IMG/VR virus record: IMGVR_UViG_3300034418_006582
Span: 14,157 to 78,156 of that record
From: a virus
DNA: 64,000 nt
Reading direction: 5' to 3' (one strand)
Below the pieces are notes generated by a model. That model saw nothing but the letters and a program-made list of their open reading frames with translations. It made no database searches and was not told the DNA's origin. Each line of letters opens with the position of its first letter. Position 1 is the first letter of the stretch. A program made the translations under genes and the position numbers. Shown piece by piece: positions 57,450-64,000 of this stretch.

Positions 57450-58282
57450 AATGTCCAGTACCAAAGAATTTTAGATTAACTGATATATGGTCGCAACCTA
57501 TGAAAGATAATCTAAGAAATGCGCCAAGAGTTGCCTATACAATTCCTACTCGTAATTTAGCTTGGGGACAATTGGAAAACAATGAAAGTAGTTCGTTGCC
57601 ACCTATTAATTATGAATTACCTAAAAAGTTTGTAAAAGCACCTAATGGTTGTGTATCTACACAGTTTATGCGTAGTAGATTATATGAAGTAAATTTTCCA
57701 TATAGCTATGTAAAGGTTAAATTACAAAAAAATAAATTTGCTGATGAAGTTGATCGCTTTGGTGGTTACAATGTGTCAGCTAATTACTATGGCAATGTTA
57801 AACATCATGGTCCTTTTACAGAATTAATTATGGAAGAAAAAGAGGGTTGGGCTAGACCTGGTATTCCTACAATGCAAATTTCTATGCCTGTTATGTTATT
57901 TACTGATGATCCTGATGTTTGGATGGATGTATTACCCTCTGATCGTAATGTTGGTAAAAACTTACCAATTACAACAATACCTGGTTTTATGCCAATACAC
58001 GCATGGTCTCGTGGTTTATCATGGGCATTTGAGTGGGTTGATTTAGAACAAGAGGAATTACTATTAAATCACGATACAGTAATGTTTAATCTTTTATTTT
58101 CTAAACCAGTCAAGTTAGAGTATGTGCCGTGGAACGAAACTTTTAGTAAGCAATGGAACTTAATTAGTCAATCATCTGTAAATAGACGAAACACTAATGA
58201 ATTGTATACAGAGGCTTTAGCTAGACGACCAAAGAAACTAATGCCTAGAAAACAGAGAATATGGAAAGACAAGAGAAAGTAA
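57446..58282 (+). CDS. Divergent DUF6065-like protein
   Basis: GC, IPG....W.R..WAFEW pattern; weak similarity. Confidence 0.45.
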   Translation: MKCPVPKNFRLTDIWSQPMKDNLRNAPRVAYTIPTRNLAWGQLENNESSSLPPINYELPKKFVKAPNGCVSTQFMRSRLYEVNFPYSYVKVKLQKNKFADEVDRFGGYNVSANYYGNVKHHGPFTELIMEEKEGWARPGIPTMQISMPVMLFTDDPDVWMDVLPSDRNVGKNLPITTIPGFMPIHAWSRGLSWAFEWVDLEQEELLLNHDTVMFNLLFSKPVKLEYVPWNETFSKQWNLISQSSVNRRNTNELYTEALARRPKKLMPRKQRIWKDKRK

Positions 58283-58770
58283 TAGAAAATATATTTGAAG
58301 ATCAAGTATTTGATCGTATTGTAAATATATGTAAAAGAAGTTATAAAAGATTTCCCTATTCTGAAGATTTTGGTAGATACTTTGTAAATAATCACGAATG
58401 GAAAGCAATAGAGCCTTTTTATGCCAGATCCGTGGAATTAGCGAGGAATATATTTGAATCAGATACTTTGCTGCCTAGCTATGCCTTATTTGCACATTAT
58501 GAGGGCGAGAAAGCAAGTTTAGAAAAGCATATAGATAATAATGCTTGTACATACACTTTAGATATTTGTCTATATCAAGAAACAGCGTGGGATTTATTTA
58601 TAGAGGGCAGAGCTTACACATTACAACCTAATCAAGCTCTTGCATTTTATGGTGAGGAACAAGAACATTGGCGTGAAGATTTCCCAGATCCTGAAAATAA
58701 CAAAGTAGGTATGTTGTTTCTTCACTATGTTGAACCAGATCATTGGTTTTATAAGGATAAAAATGTTTAA
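58261..58770 (+). CDS. Fe(II)/2OG oxygenase-like protein
   Basis: L.KHID..AC...YG....HWR...FLHY. Confidence 0.75.
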   Translation: MERQEKVIENIFEDQVFDRIVNICKRSYKRFPYSEDFGRYFVNNHEWKAIEPFYARSVELARNIFESDTLLPSYALFAHYEGEKASLEKHIDNNACTYTLDICLYQETAWDLFIEGRAYTLQPNQALAFYGEEQEHWREDFPDPENNKVGMLFLHYVEPDHWFYKDKNV

Positions 58771-59503
58771 GAAAAAAGAAAATAATATAACTTTTGCAAC
58801 TATGGTTCCGTCCTTATTGGAGGTAGCACCACCTGTTCCAGCAGGTCAAATGATCCCTGAGTGGTTTAAAAAGTTACCACTTGATCTACCTCGTATGAAC
58901 GATAAGCCATTTCCTAAGTTAGGACCAATACTTAAAGATCTAAACTCGCATACTGTTAAGAAATGTCCTGCTGTTGTAGATTATTTTACTGAGGGATACA
59001 TTATTCCTTTATGGACAGATATATTAGTTCAAAGACATGGTGATCAATTTCACTTTGAAACTAACCATCCTGATGATACTTTTGCAACTGTTATAGAGTT
59101 TCATAACAATGAACAACTTAGTACATATCCTTTTGAAAGAAATGATTTTAGAAATGCTGTTAAGTTTACAAGTCCTTGGTTCTTTTGGACACCACCAGGT
59201 TGGTCAACATTGTTCTTGCAACCACAAATGCACCCTAATAGAGATTTTACTTTGATACCTGGTATTGTTGAGACAGATTCATTTCATCAAGTAAACTTTC
59301 CTAGCATTTGGCATAGTGAGGGTGATAGGTTGTTAAAAAGAGGTAGTCCATTTTTACATGTCATACCATTTAAAAGAGAGAAAACAAATATGGTTGCTAA
59401 AGAGTTTGATGATTTTGAAAATGACGCAATGCGTGATGAAAGTTTTAAACTTCGATCAAAGATGACAGGTGGCTACAGAGAAATTACTAGAAGGTACAAA
59501 TGA
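58763..59503 (+). CDS. DUF6065-like protein (paralog 3)
   Basis: PEWFK, KKCP, SPW..TPPGWS, PGIVETD. Confidence 0.65.
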   Translation: MFKKKENNITFATMVPSLLEVAPPVPAGQMIPEWFKKLPLDLPRMNDKPFPKLGPILKDLNSHTVKKCPAVVDYFTEGYIIPLWTDILVQRHGDQFHFETNHPDDTFATVIEFHNNEQLSTYPFERNDFRNAVKFTSPWFFWTPPGWSTLFLQPQMHPNRDFTLIPGIVETDSFHQVNFPSIWHSEGDRLLKRGSPFLHVIPFKREKTNMVAKEFDDFENDAMRDESFKLRSKMTGGYREITRRYK

Positions 59504-60198
59504 AGATCCAATTTGCACCACGCAGAGAGGACTATGTACCTATAGGTAAAACATTACCTCAACCTGCAAAGAATTTTATACCTGATTGGTTTAAAGATAT
59601 GCCAGTTCATAAAGCAATAGATGATCCTAAAACAGCTTTATTACATCAATTAGATATGTCAACAATAAAGAAGTGTCCTAGTTTCAGAGATATATGGAAA
59701 TATGGAATTGTTATTCCTGCACCATGCGATATATATATAAATGCAACACACGATGAATGGATGTGGCGAACACCTACAAATATAATAGAACTTGAATATC
59801 ATGCAGATTATCAATTTAAAGATCATTATCCTAACAAAAATATAAAAGGTGTTTTTAAAATTAAGCACCCATTAGCTGTAATTACACCAAAAGGTTATAG
59901 CGTAATGCAAATACCACTTTTATATCACAATAATCCTGACTGGTACTTTCCGTGGGGATTATTAGATAGTGATGAATACCATGATTTGAATCCACAATTA
60001 ATTGTTACATCTAAAGATAGAGAAATACTGATTAAGCAAGGCGAACCATTGTTCTACTTGTACCCATTTAAAAGAGAAAACTGGCAAATTGAAATGCTAG
60101 AATACAAAGATATTCAACAAAAATTAAAGGAAACTCGTTGGAAGTTAGGAACTATGTTTCAAGGCAGATATATTAAAAATATAAGGAAGAATATATGA
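59500..60198 (+). CDS. DUF6065-like protein (paralog 4)
   Basis: PDWFK, KKCP, TPKGYS, IKQGEP...PFKR. Confidence 0.65.
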   Translation: MKIQFAPRREDYVPIGKTLPQPAKNFIPDWFKDMPVHKAIDDPKTALLHQLDMSTIKKCPSFRDIWKYGIVIPAPCDIYINATHDEWMWRTPTNIIELEYHADYQFKDHYPNKNIKGVFKIKHPLAVITPKGYSVMQIPLLYHNNPDWYFPWGLLDSDEYHDLNPQLIVTSKDREILIKQGEPLFYLYPFKRENWQIEMLEYKDIQQKLKETRWKLGTMFQGRYIKNIRKNI

Positions 60199-60458
60199 AA
60201 GTTTATATAGATCAAGATCTTTGTACAGGTGACGGACTTTGTGCTGAAATAGCACCTGATGTTTTTATTATGCAAAATGATGGTTTAGCTTATGTACAAG
60301 AAACAGTAGGTAATTTTGGCGAATTAAAGATATTTAGTGCAATACATAATAATTCACAGGGTGCTGAAGGTTTAGCAAGAATACCTACAGGTCAAGAAGA
60401 TATAGTGCGTGAGGCAGCTGAAGAATGCCCAGGTGAGTGTATTTATATAGTAGAATAG
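60195..60458 (+). CDS. fdx: Single-cluster ferredoxin (actinobacterial type)
   Basis: IDQDLCTGDGLC...APDVF...EECPGECI. Confidence 0.9.
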   Translation: MKVYIDQDLCTGDGLCAEIAPDVFIMQNDGLAYVQETVGNFGELKIFSAIHNNSQGAEGLARIPTGQEDIVREAAEECPGECIYIVE

Positions 60459-60461
60459 ATT

Positions 60462-60596
60462 ATGGTAAATTTATACGATCTAGAATGGCAACTTATTAAA
60501 AAAAGTAACATTACTAATCGTTCACCAAAGTCAAATATTGATATAAAACAGCATATTGATGATCTAGATCAGTGTGACTGTGGCTGTAAAAAATAG
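60462..60596 (+). CDS. Microprotein ending CDCGC (44 aa, not in ORF track)
   Basis: Hand translation MVNLYDLEWQL...DQCDCGCKK. Confidence 0.45.
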   Translation: MVNLYDLEWQLIKKSNITNRSPKSNIDIKQHIDDLDQCDCGCKK

Positions 60597-60668
60597 TTCA
60601 TAAAGTCGAAATCTCAAATATTATTGTATATAATTATGTAGTAATTAATTAATTATTAAGAAAGGATT

Positions 60669-60890
60669 GTGATGGCAGATCAACAACAATTAAGTCCAGA
60701 GCAAGTTGCAGATATAGCTAATAAGCTACAAGCTGAGAACAGAACTCTTAGACAAATGTTAGCTGATACAGCAGAAAAAATTGCGAATCTTGAGTTAAAG
60801 AACTCTGAAATGAAAGTTCAAAACACAAATTTACAACAAGTTCTTGCACAAGTATCAGGTAAAAATACACCAAAAGCTGAAGAAGAATAA
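60669..60890 (+). CDS. Coiled-coil protein
   Basis: Heptad pattern. Confidence 0.7.
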   Translation: MMADQQQLSPEQVADIANKLQAENRTLRQMLADTAEKIANLELKNSEMKVQNTNLQQVLAQVSGKNTPKAEEE

Positions 60891-61129
60891 TGAGTTCTTT
60901 AAAGGAGTTTTCAGATAATTATAATTCTAGGACTGGACCAATTCCGTGGCGTGATCAATCCGATTCAAACAGGGCTGCGTGGATCGAAGCATTAGAGGGT
61001 GTTAAAAATGGCACTGTTACCTTTAGAGGTGCTGCTATTTGGTTAGTAGAAGATCAAGGCTGTCCTTTAGCCGTAGATTATATAAGAACCCAACTAAGAA
61101 ATACAATGGAACGCTATGTCAAGTCTTGA
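60890..61129 (+). CDS. Hypothetical protein
   Basis: Coupled ORF upstream of the metallophosphoesterase. Confidence 0.7.
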   Translation: MSSLKEFSDNYNSRTGPIPWRDQSDSNRAAWIEALEGVKNGTVTFRGAAIWLVEDQGCPLAVDYIRTQLRNTMERYVKS

Positions 61130-62354
61130 AGAGTACGCAAAAAATAGAAGTGATCTTTCTAATGCAAAAAGAAAGAACAACGAAAATCTAAAAGGTTATG
61201 ATCCTGGTTACAAATTAAAAGGTAACGAGGGTGAAATAACTTCTAAACCACAAAAAGATGGAAACATCACTGACTTTACGCATATATTAAAGGAACTAGA
61301 ACTAGATCCTAAATTATATGATGTTGTAGAGCCTGTAGAGGTTAGAAGTTGGGATAGTATGGTCGATGGTGGGACACGACTTTTTTATTACAAAGCAAAG
61401 ATAGTATCTAAGAAACCTAGAAATCCAAATGATCCAGACTATGACAAATTATTAGCTGAAGTCAAAAAGGTTAAAAAACCTAAATTACCTAAGGTTGATA
61501 AAGACGATAGTGCTGTCATTTGTTTTTCTGATTGGCAATTAGGTAAACCTGATGGAGATGGAACTACAGCAATAGTAGATCGTTTAAATCAAATGATTCC
61601 TGATTTTACTGATTATGTCTTAAAGATGAGAAAAAGTGGAAAGAAGTTAAAGCATTTACACATATTATCTTTAGGGGATATTATCGAAAATTGTACTGGC
61701 CATTACGACACGCAAATTTATGGAGTACAGCTCAATCTTCGTGATCAAGTTAAGGTAGCTCGTAGAATAATTGTAAAAGCAATTACAGAATGGGCTCCAT
61801 TATTCGACACTGTAACAGTTTCGGCAATTCACGGAAATCATGGTGAAAATCGTAATAACGGAAAAACTTTTACGGATTTTGCTGATAATCACGATGTAGC
61901 GATATATGAACAAGTGCAAGAAATATTATCTCAAAATAAAAAAGCGTTTGGTCATGTTAAGTTTTTAATTCCTGAAAGCGAATTATCAGCTACAGTTGAG
62001 ATTTCTGGAAAACTGGTTGGTCTAGTTCATGGTCATCAGTTTAGATCTGGAGTATCTGTGAAAACAGGTAGATTTGCTTTTGATAAAGGTATTAAATGGT
62101 TTGCAGGACAATGTATGGGGCGTGAGCCGATAGGTGACAGCGATCTCATAGTTTCTGGTCATTTTCATCATTATTTTTGTATATCTAATCGTGGAAGATG
62201 GTTTATGCAATGTCCGTCAGTCGATGGTGGATCCGAGTGGTACAAAGATATTTCAGGCGATTGGTCGCCACCTGCTCAAGTAGGTTTTACTGTAAGTAGT
62301 GAAAATAAAATGTACTTTTGGGATAATTTAAAATTTTTCCCATATAACTGTTAA
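61116..62354 (+). CDS. Calcineurin-like metallophosphoesterase
   Basis: SDWQ, LGD, GNHG, HGH, GHFH. Confidence 0.88.
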   Translation: MSSLEEYAKNRSDLSNAKRKNNENLKGYDPGYKLKGNEGEITSKPQKDGNITDFTHILKELELDPKLYDVVEPVEVRSWDSMVDGGTRLFYYKAKIVSKKPRNPNDPDYDKLLAEVKKVKKPKLPKVDKDDSAVICFSDWQLGKPDGDGTTAIVDRLNQMIPDFTDYVLKMRKSGKKLKHLHILSLGDIIENCTGHYDTQIYGVQLNLRDQVKVARRIIVKAITEWAPLFDTVTVSAIHGNHGENRNNGKTFTDFADNHDVAIYEQVQEILSQNKKAFGHVKFLIPESELSATVEISGKLVGLVHGHQFRSGVSVKTGRFAFDKGIKWFAGQCMGREPIGDSDLIVSGHFHHYFCISNRGRWFMQCPSVDGGSEWYKDISGDWSPPAQVGFTVSSENKMYFWDNLKFFPYNC

Positions 62355-62394
62355 ATACCTAAAACCCATATCTAGTAAATTAAACTAGCTATGT

Positions 62395-63204
62395 ATGTTT
62401 TTAGAAGTATTAAGAATCAGCTCACAACCAGACTCAACAAGTGGTATCTTATTTGATATTACAGATGATAAAAGGAAATTTCTTTGTTATACCGTTGAAG
62501 ATGAATATAGATCAAAAAAAGTAAAACACGAAACAAGAATACCTGCTGGAACATATAAGTTAACTTTAAGAACTGAAGGTGGTTTTCATTCGAGGTATCT
62601 TAAGAAGTATGGACCTGAGTTTCACAAAGGTATGATTTATGTAAATAATGTACCTAATTTCGAGTGGATTCTTTGGCATACTGGGAACAATGATGAGTCG
62701 ACCTCTGGTTGTCTCATTATTGGCCAAAATCAAGAAAGTAATCTTGTTAAAAAAGATGGCTGGGTTGGATCAAGCGTTTCTGCGTACAAATTTCTTTATC
62801 CTAAAGTGAGAGACGCAATATTGTCAGGTGAAGATGTTTATGTAAAATATGTAGATTTTGACGATACTGGTGATAACGAATATATTGCTGTATCAGGAAA
62901 AGAACCTATATATTCAGAAAGTCCTACAGATTCAAAAGTTTCCGATATCGGAAAAAAAGAAACAGAAATATATGATTTTTCAAAAGATTTTCCTAAATGG
63001 CCTAACATACACTTCAAGGTACAAGTGCCTATGATAAAATCAGAAGATCTTAAAGCATGGCAAAAAGCTGTAGGTTTAAGTCCTGATGGTTGGTATGGAA
63101 ATGGATCAAGGAAAAAAGTACTCGAACTTCAAAAGGAGTTTGGGCTAAAAGAAGATGGTGTTCTAGGTAAAAAAACCTGGGACATTTCTTTTGCAAAACA
63201 GTAG
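62395..63204 (+). CDS. Putative endolysin (DUF5675-like plus peptidoglycan-binding domain)
   Basis: ETRIPAG.Y, ILWH.GN...TSGCLI.G; C-terminal DG.YG and DG.LG..TW. Confidence 0.75.
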   Translation: MFLEVLRISSQPDSTSGILFDITDDKRKFLCYTVEDEYRSKKVKHETRIPAGTYKLTLRTEGGFHSRYLKKYGPEFHKGMIYVNNVPNFEWILWHTGNNDESTSGCLIIGQNQESNLVKKDGWVGSSVSAYKFLYPKVRDAILSGEDVYVKYVDFDDTGDNEYIAVSGKEPIYSESPTDSKVSDIGKKETEIYDFSKDFPKWPNIHFKVQVPMIKSEDLKAWQKAVGLSPDGWYGNGSRKKVLELQKEFGLKEDGVLGKKTWDISFAKQ

Positions 63205-63213
63205 GAGATAAAT

Positions 63214-63438
63214 ATGAAATGGGAACTCACTGATGCTTTTAAGGTGTCATTAGTTAGAGCAGTCAGAACTGGCTTGCAAGCTGGTGTTGGAGTGATAGTC
63301 GCTGCACAATCAGGTTGGCTAGAAATGTCTATTTTAGAGGGTGCCGTAGTAGCTGCTGGTGCAGCATTTTTCTCAGCATTGCAAAATGTAATAGAGGAAG
63401 CACCTTTTAAATTTATGTCGAACTTTCCAAAAGGTTAA
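63214..63438 (+). CDS. Holin
   Basis: RAVRT..Q plus two TM helices; follows the endolysin. Confidence 0.75.
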   Translation: MKWELTDAFKVSLVRAVRTGLQAGVGVIVAAQSGWLEMSILEGAVVAAGAAFFSALQNVIEEAPFKFMSNFPKG

Positions 63439-63511
63439 GATTTGATCCTGAAAGGGATCAGGTGCGCAAAGACTTTGGGGGCGTTAGCCCCCTTTGTCAA
63501 TTGAGAGATGT

Positions 63512-63856
63512 ATGTATTATTATAAAATTGAATTATTACGAGTAGTAGATGGAGACACAATAGATGTCAGAATTGATTTGGGTTTTAATGTGTGGCATAA
63601 ATGCCGTGTACGACTTATGGGCATTAACGCTCCAGAGTCTAGAACAAGAGATCTTGAAGAGAAAAAACGAGGGTTGGCTGCAAAAGATTGGCTAATTAAA
63701 ACATTAGAAAATGCACAAGCAGATCTAGAAATGAAATCACACGGATCTGGTAAATATGGTCGTGTATTAGGTGAGATTTTTATTAATGATGTAAGTATCA
63801 ACGATTTAATGGTTGATGAGGGACATGCCGTAAAATATGATGGTGGGAAGAGGTAG
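63512..63856 (+). CDS. Staphylococcal-nuclease-like protein
   Basis: RVVDGDT, RL.GINAPE, KYGRVL. Confidence 0.9.
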   Translation: MYYYKIELLRVVDGDTIDVRIDLGFNVWHKCRVRLMGINAPESRTRDLEEKKRGLAAKDWLIKTLENAQADLEMKSHGSGKYGRVLGEIFINDVSINDLMVDEGHAVKYDGGKR

Positions 63857-63870
63857 GAAGTGATGAGAAA

Positions 63871-64000
63871 GTGCTTCGTAAATTTAATACCTTAGCTCGT
63901 TTATTAATCGTTGGCTTACTTATTTATCCTTTACCTATTGCTATGGCTGACCATGTTCCTACACAAGCACCTTATGGTACAAATGCTAGTGATGATGCTA
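63871..64000 (+). CDS. Partial secreted/membrane protein (truncated by window end)
   Basis: GTG start; signal-peptide-like MLRKFNTLARLLIVGLLIYPLPIAMA. Confidence 0.5.
   Translation, partial: MLRKFNTLARLLIVGLLIYPLPIAMADHVPTQAPYGTNASDDA

Overview
A 64-kb segment of an AT-rich (about one-third GC by eye) siphovirus-like tailed phage. WhiB, an LmbU-like protein and an Acidimicrobiia-type ferredoxin point to a low-GC actinobacterial host, possibly Ca. Actinomarina-like (inference). Layout: (1) 1-8.2 kb, an array of leftward small-gene cassettes with sigma70-like promoters, a shared 5' leader AGTAATCGA-(A-rich)-GAGG, intrinsic terminators and a 54-bp-period repeat between cassettes, with extreme GATC enrichment at the left; (2) 8.2-10 kb and 16-16.8 kb, several promoter-hairpin-seed-terminator units that look like small RNAs, some complementary to the cassette leader/RBS; (3) terS, six DNA methyltransferase genes (including a C5-MTase with a second subunit nested in another frame), an origin-like repeat, thioredoxin and terL; (4) an HK97-type head and non-contractile tail module with a -1 frameshifted tail chaperone; (5) long fibre proteins, a Gly-rich protein with a symmetric Asn/Tyr/His repeat insert, and a cluster of Fe(II)/2OG oxygenases, DUF6065-like paralogs, an FkbM-like MTase and a ferredoxin; (6) metallophosphoesterase, endolysin, holin and a staphylococcal-type nuclease. 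The best candidates for an undescribed system are the leader-tagged cassette array with anti-leader sRNAs and the putative virion-protein modification cluster. Family names were recognised from motifs by eye, without database searches, and counts were made by hand.
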